In this document: positions 12,141 through 25,257 of the stretch, piece after piece
Numbering within the stretch: the stretch's first letter is position 1
How the letters are laid out: each line of letters starts with the position of its first letter
From: Felis catus
Taxonomy: Eukaryota
Assembly (NCBI RefSeq): GCF_018350175.1
Contig: NC_058368.1
Span: 208,012,001-208,076,000 of the forward strand
Reading direction: 5' to 3'
Length of the DNA stretch: 64,000 nucleotides
Made by a program: the position numbers and the translations under genes
The notes under the pieces: generated by a model
Seen by the model: only the letters and a program-made list of their open reading frames with translations
What the model was told of the DNA's origin: nothing
Databases searched by the model: none

Positions 12141-14089
12141 GAGGCAGCTGCTAAAGAGAAGCTGCAGAGAAGGAAATGCCCCCGGGGGGTGGGGGTGGGG
12201 GGACTTCACTGTTTCATTTCACTGCACACCTTCCTGTGCTGGTGCCCTGAACCCCTGGTAATCTGCATAAAAGAGACAGGGCAGTCATTTTGAGTTGTTT
12301 CTGTCCTATCCAGAGAATCTAGCCAGGTTAGGTAAAGTGACAGGCTAGGGCCAGGATTTTAGAACTTGTAAATATTCGGCTGCCTGTCTGTGAGTTGACC
12401 ATGGTGACAGTTAGCCATAGGCCTTTGCAGATGAATTTCCCAAGGATTTTCAGATTATTGAGTCCAGAGAGCCTCCCGCAGGGGCAAGGAAGTCACATTA
12501 TCAGATTACCAGAAAACAGGGGAATCTAAGGGTTTAAATGAATGATGGGACACCAGGAGTGACTGTCAGACTGGTTTCTCATAAACACTTCTGTTTCCAG
12601 GATGTGCAGGGAAATGGGGTGGCTTCAAGCATGTGTGACTTCAGGGAAGAGGGAGGTGGTTTTCCAAGTGTATCTTTGATCCCTTGCCCCTGTGTTTGCA
12701 CATACACCCATGAACGCTCTTCGAGCCTGCAAAAGCCACCCCTCTGCAGTGGACATCCATCATGACATCTAACTGCACAGCACTTCCCCAAGACCCCGTG
12801 TGGGTTTGAAATTTTCCTGATTTCTGATTCCAGTTCCCCAGGAAGGAGCGAGAAATCGTTCCCCAAATTCCTTTGCAGCTGGATAGAAGCATAGGCCTGG
12901 CCTCCTTAGATGCATGCATGCAAGACTTTGATTAGAAGGAGAGTTTGCAGAGTCCAGAGTGCTGAGTAGAAGACTTTCAGTTAGGGTGACAGAGAGACAC
13001 GGCGTCTACGGAGGCAGAGGTGACGATGGTTCCAGGTACAGTTCCCGAGACTGTACCAGCAGTCTCTCCTGGAACAATTAGCCCGTGAAATAGCCAGTGT
13101 AGTGCAGTGACCACAGTTGGGGTAACCACAGTGAATTCTGTCTGCAACCAAGCATCTGTCTAACTCTCTTTGTACATATAGGGCGTACCAAGAACTCAGC
13201 AGAAAAGTGAATATTTTCATGTAATGTTTTAGTCAACATTAAAATATTCCAGCCTTGCCAAAAATGTATGCATGTGTTTTATCCTTACTTCAAAGTCAAA
13301 GAAACAGAAAAGTCTAATGATCCACTCAAGTGATATAGCACACCCAGATTCAAGCTAGAACCCGGCTTTCTGACTCCTAGTGCTTTCCTTTCTCCACAAA
13401 GTCTTGCCTCAGCATGTAAAGAGACTTGGATCTCATTCCTGATTGAAATTCAACTAGAAATTCTCAAAAACACAACAACCCTTCCAAGGAGCTGTTGGCT
13501 TAGGGTGCTCACATGACAGTGAGCAGGGTTGGGACCAAGGTGAAGAAGTACAAAATTTAATGGGCACCAAAAAAGGCAGTGATCCAGGCAATATTTTCAT
13601 GCAATATTTTAAAAATCGAACTGAATGAAAAAAGCCATGATGAGCCAAGATCAACATTTTAGATACAAACAGGATCAGGCTGCATGATTATTCGCTTTGT
13701 CCCAAGTTCCGATAGAGTTCTGATCCTGTCTTTTGGGAACTTACACATGTTATTTTAAAATAAGTTAACGACCCAGATTAAGCCACCTAATTGCCTTCTC
13801 AGATGTTCCAAGTTTGAATCTTTCCCTTCCAGTGTGTGAACTTTCTCCAGCAGAATACATAGCAGCATCTCTCTGTGAGCATTCCTGAGCCCATACATTT
13901 GGATTAGATCAGAATATCTGCGTCCAGGCCTGTCTGGATCTTGCAGAAATATTAGCTCTGGCTGAATCTCCAAAATAACAGAGTAAAGGAGACAGAACGA
14001 AACCAAAGGAGACATAAGATTAAATTGTAATGAATATCTGGGCTGTTGGCTGTCCAGCACCTATACGTAGATGCCTGGATAAGTCGTAA

Positions 14090-14295
14090 CGATGATAATG
14101 GCGATTAACATTTATTTGCCACTGTTCCAGAAACTGTGTAAGACACTTTAAACAGCTGATGGTTCTTGTCACAATCTGTGTAAGGTAGGAGGAGCTCATG
14201 GGGAAAGTGACGTTGAAATCCCTAGTTGACAAGTTCCAGAGCCACAATTCAAGCCCAGGTCTCACAAACTCTCAGGTTCAAGGCTTCCTGCTACA
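14090..14295 (-). mobile_element. MIR fragment
   Basis: taacatttatt...cacaatctgtgtaaggtagg...attcaagcccaggtct. Confidence 0.6.
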
Positions 14296-14809
14296 ATCTG
14301 TTTCCTTTCAAGAAAGTGGACTTGTTACCTTCAAGAAATCAAGGAGGCTGAGGACTATGGAGCACCCAGACGGGACTTGCCCAGCAAGCCAATGGATGTC
14401 ATTCTACTGATGGCCTCGGGAAAGCCTCACCTTCTCTTTGATGAGTGGGTTGCACTCTCTGTCCAGTGACCAGGCACCACTGAATTATCCCTGCCATGCT
14501 GCAAAATCTTTCTTGTCCCAAAGGATAGCCTTACAGATGTGTATGCTCATTACATTATGCTGGAAGTTCTAATACAACAAGAACATCTTCAGAAGGCATC
14601 CTGACACAGATGGGGAAACTGAGGCTCGGGTAAGTAAAGCGATTGCAATACTGAAAACTGGGGCTAGAATCCAGTTCTCCTGACCCCCGGGTAGATAGTA
14701 GTCCTTCACTGCACCATATAGCCACTCAGAGTAAGTCTGCACCCTATGTGTCCAAAAGACGATGCTTCATCACTGAGGCTTGAGACTCTCCTTCAAAGAG
14801 TTTGTAGGC

Positions 14810-15510
14810 CAGAGTTCAAACACTGGCATCTTATGGGCCAAATCTAGTTTGCAGGTGTGCTTTTTTTCTTAGTTTGAAAAATGTTTTTTTAAACATTTGG
14901 ACTAGCTGATACCCTTTTAAAAATCCAGGGTTTTCAGATACAAATCCAGATATCTGGCTTCTTTTGAAAAATTCCAAGATCGGGACACATTGGAACCATT
15001 TTCAAAGATGACAACTATTGGCCAGGACTGGTGGCATGTTGGAGCCCACTCAGACTGACTCATAAGAACCAAATACAAAGTGTTCAGGAATGTTGAAAGC
15101 CAATTGTTAAACACTTGATAGCCTGAAACCATCCATAGTGGGATGATTTACTCAACAGATATTGGCCAAACTACAAATTAGAGCTTTTATTTCCCCTGTC
15201 TTGACCTGCCTTCCTCCTGCCCTCCCTCTCTTCCTTCCTTCCTTCCTTTCTTTTTTCTTTCCTTCCTTCATTCTCCCCTCCTCCCTCCATCTTTCCTTCT
15301 TTCTGTCTCTGGCTCTCTCTTTCTCTGCTCTCGCTCACTTGCTTACTTACTGTTTTTTCTCCTTTTCTTGGAGTCCCAGTTTATCACCATAACGCTGGCT
15401 GGAACTTAAAGGGGATTCATGTTGTTTAGAAAAGCACAGTCCTGCTGGGCCATCTTCACTTGCTTATGTTATCCCCTGGCTAGGGAAGGCACTGGAATTT
15501 TCATCTCCTG
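14810..15510 (+). mobile_element. hAT-Charlie fossil, MER102-like, with internal simple repeat
   Basis: cagagttcaaacactggc...gggccaaatc start, aaatccagatatctggcttcttttgaaaaat interior, cttcacttgcttatgttatcccctgg...ctcctg end. Confidence 0.7.
15200..15370. repeat. Polypyrimidine (CCTT/CT-rich) low-complexity tract
   Basis: Nearly purine-free on the + strand. Confidence 0.85.
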
Positions 15511-15604
15511 TAATAGACTATGGATATAAATGGTGATCTTCTAAAGCAAGCTTGTGCATTGTTGAGTCAGGGAAAAGAAGTCGGTCACCACAATCTGGAC
15601 TTTA

Positions 15605-16800
15605 AGCTCTTTTAAAACATTTCTTATTCAAGTATAACACAGATGTGCAAAACCTAAAAGCCCAGCTCAAGGAACTATCATAAAGTGAGCTTCATTCAAT
15701 AATATTCAATTCAAGAAAGAAAATATTGACAGTATAAGCAGAACTTCCTCCTTTTCCCCCTTACTGCTCCCTTCCTCCTTCCCAAAGGCAACCATTCTCC
15801 TGACTGCTGACACTATAATTTAGTTTTTCCTACTTTTGAACTTGATGTAAATGGGATCTAGAGTGTATATATATTCTTTACCTCTGGGTTCTTTGATTCA
15901 ACCTTCTATTTGTGAGTTCCACTCATTTTTTGGAATGGATGAATGCCACGGTTCTTTCTATGAATATTCCACAATTCATTCATTCATTTTACTACTGGGT
16001 GGTTTCCAAATTGAGCTATCTTAGCCCAGGTTCCCCCAAAAGGAGAGCCTGAGACAAAGGTTTACCTGTGAAAACTTCATTTGAGAATGGTTTTCCTGAG
16101 AATTGGTATGCAGGCCAGGTAGAGTGAAATGGAAGAAGGGAAGCCCCCTCTGGATGTGTTTCTAGGTTAACCACCACCATGGTCGGCTGGTGCTCAATCC
16201 TGTCAGGGTCTTCTGAGGGACTGTATGCAACGCATTTCAGAACCGCTCACCAGGGAGAACAGCAGTGGAAACATTTGTTCATTGCCCATTGGCTCCTGCC
16301 CCCCGTTGGTCAAGGATGATCCCATCAGTATAACTTCTCTTCTTCCAGGTTATGCACGCGTGAGAGTTTCGAGGTTATCCCAAGGCAGAGAGGCTGTGTT
16401 GCAGGAAGTCAAATGTATGTGGTGCAGGTCCTAGACACGGCATTACTGATTTCACCCACAAGAAGCCAAAGTCTGCATGAAACCACCTGTGTCAGCAAAG
16501 GTAAGCTCAAGTGGATTTTGAGGTTGTGCAAACGAGATGCTCGTGTATTGGCTTTTTTGAATCTGTGAGCATTTTTACACATGTGGCTTGGTGCACATGT
16601 GTACATATTTCTGTTCGTCTATTCGTAGGAGTGGAATTGTTGGAACAGAAGATATTTACATATTTAAGCTTAGGAGATATTGCCAAACAGTCTTCTAAAG
16701 TGCTCATATTTATTTCCATTCCCACCAGCCATGTATGAGAGTTGAAGTTGCTCCAACATTTTGTGTTGTCGTATCTCTTTTTAAAATATCATTTAAATGT
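15605..16800 (-). mobile_element. Old L1 (L1M-type) 3' fragment interrupted by an LTR
   Basis: L1 3'UTR-like antisense text at 15610-16015. Minus ORF 16507-16725 (TLEDCLAIS..KL..EICTHVHQATCVKML) resembles decayed ORF2 C-terminus. Confidence 0.75.
16018..16500 (-). mobile_element. ERVL solo LTR, LTR33-like
   Basis: tcttagcccaggttccccc..agagcctgagacaaagg...tttgaga...gctcaatcctg resembles the remembered LTR33 antisense sequence. Confidence 0.7.
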
Positions 16801-18119
16801 ATATGTGTATATATATCTCACTTTCTAATGGCTAAAGATTATTGCCAGAATGTGTCTCCTTCTCTGCTTGGTTCACTTAGCACCACATTTCACTCTGGTC
16901 ACTTGAGTGCTGTTGTATCCTGGGCTGCAGATGTGCTCATGTATTCTGGGCTATTGTGGTGAGATCAACAACTTTGCACTTGACCTCAGTGGCAATCCAA
17001 AGAAAACAAAGGGAAAGGAACAAGACATTTAACATCCCCAAAAGAAGTCACCATAATTGATTATATTTCATTTATCAGGAAACCATTCCAAGTCTTTGAC
17101 TAATTTGAGACTCCCCGTTGTGATAGAGAATCTCTTCCTTTATGAGATGGTATAATCCTTGCCAGCAGTATCCAGGGGCCTTCTCTGCTCAGAGTCTTCT
17201 CTGCTCTAGGCTGTCTGTAACATGTACTCTTTAATAGAGAAACAGGAAGGAAGGAGAGACCACCTTTCAAGGTCCGGCCCCAGACTCCCTTTCTCCTTAG
17301 TTCCCACCCAAGGTGGACCACCCCTGACTCCTCTGTAATGCAACGAAACAGTCAATGCTCTCATTCTGAAGTGCTCCCTTCACTTCCACTGACCATAATA
17401 AAATTTTGGCCTAAGCTTCAGAGGAACACCTCCTAGGAGATGCACCAAGTCTTGGAAAACCATGCTCAAGTATCTGTAGCTTCTAAGCAACACTTCCAAA
17501 GATAGGGAATTGGGTTACCTGAATTATAAGTGGGAAGCGTTCCTACTTAAGAAGCCTCCAGAAGCTCCCCGAGTTCTTTCTCCTCTGTGGCCTGCTGTGG
17601 CCATTCCACTTCCTGACCACTAAGAGCATGGGCTCTTCAGTCCTGCCTCCACCCTTTGTGCTGGCCCAGCCCACCCGGCCTCTGACACGGGCCATTCCTG
17701 GGCACACTGCTGGCCCACCCTGCTATGCCAGGCCATGGAGATGTGTCTACAGCGGGGTGACCTGGGGATCCTGGTGGGTCCTCTTCCCTAGAAAGATGCT
17801 TCACCCACTCAGGGAAAAGGGCTCTTTCTTTACTGTGGCAAAGGGAGGTCAAACTGAGCCCAACTTTTGCACCGTTAAGCATCCGGGAGGTATCCTCAGG
17901 TATCTCAACACTCTGTCATCTGAGGAAGAAGGCACAAGCTTATGGCAATTTTCTTTTGTACCTCTTCTCTCTGGAGCAGGGCGAAGCTGGCTTGCTCTTG
18001 AGTACTTCTACGTTTCATGACTCTAAACATGCTGACTCCCCATACCTGTCAGAAGCGGGTAGTGATAAGGGTGAATGGGGAACGAGGCTTAAGAGCTTTA
18101 TCCTAAAACCGCCCTGCGG

Positions 18120-18340
18120 TAAGAACAGCCATATCCATTGTTGGACTCACTGTGTGTGCTTACCGGGCACGTTCCGTACCTCTATCTCATTTAATTCTTG
18201 CAGCTCTTTGAGGCAGCTCCTAGAATGAACCCAACTTAAAGCTTGGGGAACTGCCTTTACATAGCCATTTAGGAAGGGGTCACAGTGGGATTCAAACCCC
18301 GGTAGGGGCCTCCACAGTCCACACCCTCAGTGACTATGTT
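18120..18340 (-). mobile_element. MIR fragment
   Basis: actcactgtgtg...tatctcatttaattct...gggattcaaaccc. Confidence 0.65.
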
Positions 18341-18569
18341 GTACTTTTTCTTGCTCAGTCACCCAAACAGGGACTCTCAACTCCTGGCTACTTGCCTTCA
18401 TCACCTTCCTTTATGGTCCCTGCTCCCAGGATTGTCCTGAAAATGACTCCAGGGACTTTGTTTGGGACATATCCCCACCCCTTGTCTTCTCCCCAAGGCC
18501 CCCCGAACCTCTTGAGATTGGAGTCGTGTTTTGAGCTGTGCACTGGTGGAGACCGTGGTCTACATGGGT

Positions 18570-18760
18570 AGACCTAGACTCTCAGCTTCAAGCCCAGTTC
18601 TGCCACTTAGCAGAAGTGAAAACTTAGCATGTCATCAGACTCCCTAAGGCTTGTCTTCTGCGTTTGTACCACAGGATAATAGCAGTGACTGCCTAATAGT
18701 GCTTTTCATAGGATTAGAGAGGCTGATGCATGTCAACACTTAGCACAGTATTGGGTGTCC
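18570..18760 (+). mobile_element. MIR fragment
   Basis: cccagttctgccacttagcag...ggataatagcag...cacttagcacagt. Confidence 0.65.
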
Positions 18761-19438
18761 TGAAGGGTGCAGGGAATACCCACTTTTCTACTAACAGAAT
18801 TCCTGTTCAGTTTTTGAAAGCTTGAGGTTAGAAAGTACAAAAACAGATTCCCTTTTGATTCCTAATTTCTCCAAGTTTTGTTTCGCTTATCCACATTTTA
18901 ACACCACTGCTCCCTGAAGCCACTTCACGTGGTTTTTGAGCACTCCCTGCTTTTCTATCATGCTTCTTTTGACACACAAGGACTCAGCTCTTTTGTCTGT
19001 TTGGAGAGGAGACAGCTCTTCCCAGCGGCCCTTGGTCAAAGCCTGTGCCATTGGTATAGGCCTAGGGGATTCACAGTGCCTCCACTTAAATTCAGCAACT
19101 CAGAGGCTCGGTCCACATGCAGGGTGTGGAACCTTTGTGAAGTCCTGAGTAATAGCAGATTACCACCTTACATCAGAGTTTTGGTTGTCCCCCCGCCCCC
19201 CCCTTCTAGACTTCAGAACTGGGTTTGACTAACAGCCTGAACCAGTGCACCTATCAGAAGTATAGTGAGAGCCCCAAGGTCAAGCCTCATATATATAGCA
19301 TTAACTTTTCTAGTGGTCACCCATTTGAACAGGGAAAAAAGAAAGAGGTGAATTAATTTTAACAATATATTTTATTAAGCCCAATATCCAAAATATTATC
19401 AGAATAACATATATTTAATATAAAAAAATTATTCACTA

Positions 19439-19646
19439 GGGGCGCCTGGGTGGCTTGGTCAGTTAAGTGTCCAACTCTTGGTTTAGGCTCAGCTCATGAC
19501 CTCATGGTTTTGTGGGTTCGAGCCCTCTGTCAGGCTCTATGCTGGCAGCACAGAGCCTGCGTGGGATTGATTCTCTGTCTCCCTCTCTCTCTGCCCCTTC
19601 CCACTTGCACTGTCTCTGTCCCTTCAAAAATAAAATAAGCTTTATT
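19439..19646 (+). mobile_element. CanSINE
   Basis: GGGGCGCCTGGGTGGC head, CT tract. TSD aaaaaaattattca at 19422-19435 and 19647-19660. Confidence 0.96.
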
Positions 19647-19704
19647 AAAAAAATTATTCATGCGATAACATGTTTTTTAATTTGTACTAAATTTTAAAAT
19701 CTCT

Positions 19705-19920
19705 GGGGCGCCTGGGTGGCTCAGTTGGTTGGGCGTCTGACTTCGACTCGGGTCACGATCTCACGGTTTGTGAGTTTGAGACCCTGTTGGACTCTGTGCT
19801 GACAGCACAGAGCCTGGAGCCTGCTTTGGAATCTGTGACTCCCTGTCTCTCTCTTTTCCCCTTGCCCACTCACTGTCTGTCTCTCAAAAAATAAACAAAT
19901 GTTAAAAAAATTTGAAAAAA
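19705..19920 (+). mobile_element. CanSINE
   Basis: GGGGCGCCTGGGTGGCTCAG head, CT tract, AATAAA and A tail. TSD unclear. Confidence 0.96.
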
Positions 19921-20204
19921 TAATAACATTTAATGCGTAGTTTACTCTTACAACACATCTTAATTTGCACTGGCCCATTTCGAGTGCTCAGCAGCTATAC
20001 GTGCCACTGGCTGCCATTAGTGCAGCTCTGAGCCATCAGTCCCCATGGTCCCAGCCTCCTTAGACATTTCCTATGGGAGGTCTACCCATGAGGGTTGGCT
20101 TCTTATCCCAGAAGTGCTGTACAGCTCATGTCCAAGGTTCACTTTCTTGTCTCTGATAAGTACATACGATGGTGCTTGAAGTAAATCTCACACTTACGCT
20201 AGTG

Positions 20205-20332
20205 CAGTGGTTCTTAATCAGGAAGCATATCAGAATTGCACATCTGAGATTCCTCAAAGTGCTTTTCTGCTCCAGGAGTCTAGCATAAATTAAAATCACC
20301 GAACCAGAGGCGTGTGTATTTTGATTCTGACA
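20205..20332. mobile_element. MER5-like hAT fragment
   Basis: cagtggttcttaa terminus, gcatatcagaat, gtgtgtatttt..gattctga. Confidence 0.5.
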
Positions 20333-22309
20333 CTGTCTCCGCAGCCAGACCCTGCCACCACCTTCCCAAGTGAGAATCGCCATCTTGGTGGCTTTTCAGA
20401 CAGATGGCACCCAGATGAGTAGTTCTGAAATGAAAGTTTCGAAGATCAAAATAATCGAACTTCTAGCAGGGCCCGTTCTATCTGCTCCTTGATTCCCTGG
20501 CCTTTCAAAACAAGGTTTCTGTCCAGTTAACACATAAAGGCTCCGAATTGACTTTCTTTTCCTCGGTGGTCATCACGATCTTCCCCAACATCTGTCCCTT
20601 TGCCTCCTGTATTTCAGGCATATGAGACATTGCAATAGCTGAGTACATATAGCACATCAAAGGTTGGAGTGCAAATTGAATCGAGGTCTTCCATATCTTA
20701 TCAATTTACTCAATAACATTGTCTTTCTCTGTAGAGGTTACTCTTTTATGCACATAAATGAGAATTAGAACATCTCTGTCCTGTTCCTCTCGTGGTATAG
20801 CTGTGCGATGATGCATGCTGCCGTCCATTTCCCTGGAACATTTGCCATAAATTTGCTTTTAAAAGACATTCTCTTACAATACTGTCGGTGGCCCTTGCAT
20901 TAAAAATGAGAAAAATATGGAAACATGCATTAAAATATTCGGAAATAAATGGCTTCTTTATTACATAAAAGCTCTCATGTGTCTCAAAGGTACTGAGAAT
21001 AGAATAATTTATCGTAAATGAGATTATTATTGCCGGGAAAAGGTCTATTTTAATGCCAGTTTTCTTGGGGATTAAACCAAACCCTAACGGTCCACTGGGG
21101 GTGTTCATAAATGTGTAAGTCAAATGCTTAAAAGCCTTAAGTGGAAAATACATGCTGATGTAGCATCTTTGGGAAGACAGAACACATTCTGTTTGTTCTT
21201 ATCTCTGGGGGCGGGGGTTCAGCTCCAGTGTCCAGAAACAAAGTGAAGATAATGCCTCCTCTGAAACCCAGATGAAAATCTGCTGTGCTTTGGGGGTTGA
21301 ATTGCAACGTCAGAGCCTCAGACTCTCAGCCCAAGGGTCTCCAGCAGCCGGGTGGTATCCAGTATCAGGGACACACTCTGCAAAACCAAATATTGTCCTG
21401 AGAAAATGTTATCCTGTCGTCCTCTCGGGCACATGTTTCGTAAGAAGATAAATGGGGACTCAAAAGGAAAACTGCAAATCTGGAGTTTTAGAAAAAGAGT
21501 GAATTATATTTTCTGATATAGCCAGAAAATAGGGTGTTCTGGTTAACATGCGTGATGGATATGTGGCCGACTTTTGGAGACTCAGAACGTGATCGAACGC
21601 ATTTCTCCTGAAAACCGTATTGAATTAATACTATGTATATTAACTTATATTATTTATATTGATTAATATTAATTTGATCTTTATGTGTTAAATCAGGGTC
21701 ATCTTTATAAATATTAATTATCATTGTACAGTAACCGAGCAGAGAACTAGTGATCAGAATGCCACTTAAATCACCTTCTATGGGACAGTTTTAATGGTCT
21801 TGGAGGGGAGAAATCCAACCTTATGCACTAAGCCAGGGTGTCTGATGACTTATGCAAGGGAAGAGAAGAGTAACGGGCATTCATTTTGCTGCCATTCTAA
21901 CTTCCATGGAGACTGGCATGCTGGTGATTGTATTTTATACTCCCTATACCATAAAGGCTTTATTCCATAACCCAGCATTGTGATAACAGATGAAAGGAAC
22001 CCCGTAGGTCACTCTCCTAACTTTCTCATTGTCATTTGCTAAAAGCACCCTTTATCCCATGTCCTTTTGCAACTTCGTTTCTAGTCAGTACGTTGCCTCC
22101 CCTCTGGAAAGATCCCGTGGAGCTGGGCACTAACATTGTCATGACTGTCTTGTTTGGAGGGATGAGAGGGAGGGTGTGGGCAGCCAGGGTCCTGGACCGG
22201 AAGAGAGGAGTTGGCAAGGAGGAAGTTTGGCTTCAGGACAGGCCCCCCAGGACAGATGCCTTGGCAGTCTATTTAAGTCCTTGGATGTCTGCACTGGGGA
22301 TGTAACAAG

Positions 22310-22445
22310 AGCCAATATTTATTAAGCATTTTGTGTGTGCCAGGACCTGAGTATTATCTCCTTTAATCCTAACGCAACTCTGTGAAGTAGGCACTATGTC
22401 TCTGTTTTAAAGATGAGGATTAAGGCTCAAGAACATTAGGTAAAT
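22310..22445 (-). mobile_element. MIR fragment
   Basis: atatttattaagcatt..tgtgccagg..tttaatcct..aactctgtgaagtagg..agatgagg. Confidence 0.7.
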
Positions 22446-24382
22446 CCCGAGTCCACTCGTCAACTTCGTGGCCGATCCACGTCGTGCGTCCTCTCAGAGC
22501 TTGAGCCCAGACCTCTCTGCCCCCTGCCCACTCTGACACATGGCTTCCTTCTTTATCTTTATCTTTTCTGTCTCTCTCCTTTTTCAGGTAATGAAGACTT
22601 CAGAGAATGTGTTAATGTTATCTCTATTCTTTTCAGACTTAAAGAGCAACATGGCAGTTTTTGGGCTAAGATTCACGGAGCCCAAATTCATGCCTTTGTA
22701 TAGCCATCAACTCACCATGTCATAGTGACACGAGACCACTGGGCCTCGGTTCGCCCATCTGTAAAATGAGGGACTTGGACTAGATGGTACCCGGATGATT
22801 TGGTCTCTGACATTAGGTGACTCCCCAGGGTCTAAGAGGGGCTGTTGGGCATGACTGACGTGGGCGATCCTCACCTGAGCTCCACATGCCAGGAGGACAG
22901 CCCTGTGATTGCAGCAACTAGACCTCCCAGCCCCAGATCCAAATACCCGCCACCCAAATCATTGGGTGACGATAAGTTGCAATAGCAATATGAAACCTGT
23001 AGCAGAAATTCAATGATATGGAAAATATGGTGGGTAAACCCACGCCTACCTGTTTGTGGAGGGTGAGGCACATCAGGAACGTCTTTATTTCCAACCTTGC
23101 CTTCAACACGCAGACCCTGAACCACTGACCTGCCCCAAGCTCCTGCAGCAAAATAAAGCTGAGAGCAGGGTTTCTGTTCTAAGAACATGCCCGGGACTCT
23201 GGCCTGGAGAGCTGACTTGCATATTTTCCACATGCATTTGCTTATTGCCTTTTGTTAAGTGGTTCCAAGTCCAGTTTGTAAAATGAGAGACCGCATCAAA
23301 CCGGTGCGGATAGGGTAAGTGCATTCCCATCCAGAGCAAAGGCGGTCACTCATAGGAAGCGTGTTTTTAAACCAGTGCATGCAAACCCTTCCCAGTTTAG
23401 GAGAGAGAAAGCATAATTAGGCCAACTTGCCAAGGTGAGAAGCTTGCCTTTCCTTGCCTTTAATGGGGGCAGCATACTTTGGAAATGAGAAGTGCCAAAT
23501 GGTATGTAATTTTTAAAATCTTGTCCGTGTTTAATAGTTAATGCTAGTTTTCCTTCCATTCTTCCCCACACCCTCAATATCTTCCCCACTCAAGTATGAA
23601 TCTTTGACAGCCTCTCAGGAATTAGGATATCTTCAGCTGTTTACACAACTGGACATTAAGTCTAGTGAAGAAGACATTTGGGGAAAAAAAAAATTACCTA
23701 AGAAAACAGAAATGTTGTTTGCCTTAGGGTTATATTTTGAGGCTCCATGGTATTCTCTGAAGGTCTTTGGTAAAAGCTTTTTGGTAGACCGAATGGATGG
23801 GGTGGAGAGGGTTGACAATTATTTGCAAAGTAGGAATAAGTGAAAGCATGTGGTAAATGACACCTGGCCTCCTGGCCTCCTTGTGCTGGAAGGCATCTGC
23901 TGTGCTTGTGAGATAAGATAAAACTCTAATGCAAATACTAATTTAGTTTCTCCTCTTTTGTGCTGGCCTGCCTTGTTGTGTTATCTCATTTTTGTAGGCT
24001 GGACCCTGGTACCCTTTGAGATTTTCTAGGCGGGTAATTGTTGTATTTTTGCGCGTGGTGGATCTTGTGCATGGAATGGAGATCACCTGACCCTCTCTCT
24101 GCCTCTCCTCTTCCCTTCTCTATGCCCTACCTGCCTGACTTGGAGGCAAAATAAGCCGTCACTTCAAGAAAGCCATTATTCAAAGTGGATCGAATGACCA
24201 GCCACCACAGAGAGAGCTGGCATCAGCCTTGTATTGCTAATCATTGCTAATCATGAAAAAGCAGATGGGGACTGTGCAGGGGAGGGAGGGTTTACAGCAA
24301 CACAGATTTGGAGCACTTCCTGGGTGAAGGGGGAGGTGAAGGGGGGCTGGGGAGCGACAGCTGCTGCAGTGGGCCCTCTGGG

Positions 24383-24495
24383 TCAGTGGTTCTTCACTTC
24401 CTCAGGGCGCAAAAGAGTCATCTGTGCTGTTTGTGAAAAAAATGCAGATTTCTGGGTCCTGGCTTCAGAACTTCTGATTCCGTCCATAGGGGAGG
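24383..24495. mobile_element. MER5-like hAT fragment
   Basis: cagtggttct..aaaaatgcagatttctgggtcc..cagaacttctgattc. Confidence 0.6.
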
Positions 24496-24759
24496 AAGGG
24501 AGAATGTCCATAGTGATTATTCTGATGCAGGCGGCCCAGGATCAGGGCAATGGAGGAAGGGTCCAGGAGGATGAAAAAGAGCAGAAAGGAGGAAGTAAAC
24601 AGGTACCTGAAGGCAGCAGAAAATAAGATCTTTGGAGTCAAACTTAAGTTCTAATCTCAGTAATGTTCCCGCTTCATCATCACGAGCATTCTTTTTTCCT
24701 GTGTGAAACAAGGGGCAGTAACAATGGTGATAGTTGGTAATGTGCAAGGCGTCCTTACT

Positions 24760-24945
24760 TAGCACAGGGCTATGTGTCTTAGTGGACCGCCTGCTTTAAA
24801 CCTCACGACACTGTAAGGAGGGCATATTGTTACCTTCGTGTCACATGTGAGAAGACTGAGACACAGGCTGAGCGAGCATATGACTGGCCTACAAGGCCAG
24901 TAAGTATTGGAGCTGGGATTTGGACCCAGGGAGTCTGAGTTGGGG
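24760..24945 (-). mobile_element. MIR fragment
   Basis: cctcacgacactgtaagg..gaagactgagacacagg..ggagctgggatttggacccagg. Confidence 0.7.
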
Positions 24946-25257
24946 GAACTCGGAGAAAATGTGGAATATCCAGCCCCTGCCTGACCCACAGGGGCTCAGA
25001 GTTTGTTTCCTTCCCTCACGTGTTGCTGAGGACGGCAGTGAGCTGATCTGATTTATCAGTGTTTGTCAGCTGCCTGTTCTGCATAATTGCTGGAGGGCTG
25101 GGGGGGGGGCGGTTAAAGACCTTCTCTGAGCTGCTGTTTTCTCATCCCTAAAACAAGGGCAGCAATCCTCTTGAGTCATGGGGTGCCACCATCAACTGAG
25201 ACAATGCCTGTGAAAACAATTTTGTCAACTCTAACATTCTGTACAAATATCCAATGC

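Larger units (their letters stand above)
19250..20028 (+). mobile_element. MER33 (hAT-Charlie) split by two CanSINEs
   Basis: ttttctagt...gaggtgaattaattttaacaatatattttatt..cccaatatccaaaatattatc, and after the SINEs acttacaacacatct-like...gtgctcagcagc...gtgccactggct. Confidence 0.82.

Noticed and set aside
22545..22640. Polypyrimidine tract plus CAG splice-acceptor-like sites
   Set aside because: No convincing downstream exon ORF or paired donor. Such sites are common in intronic DNA.
24233..24252. Short direct repeats (attgctaatc x2, also 35595-35627 and 58072-58091)
   Set aside because: Typical slippage micro-duplications with no evidence of function.
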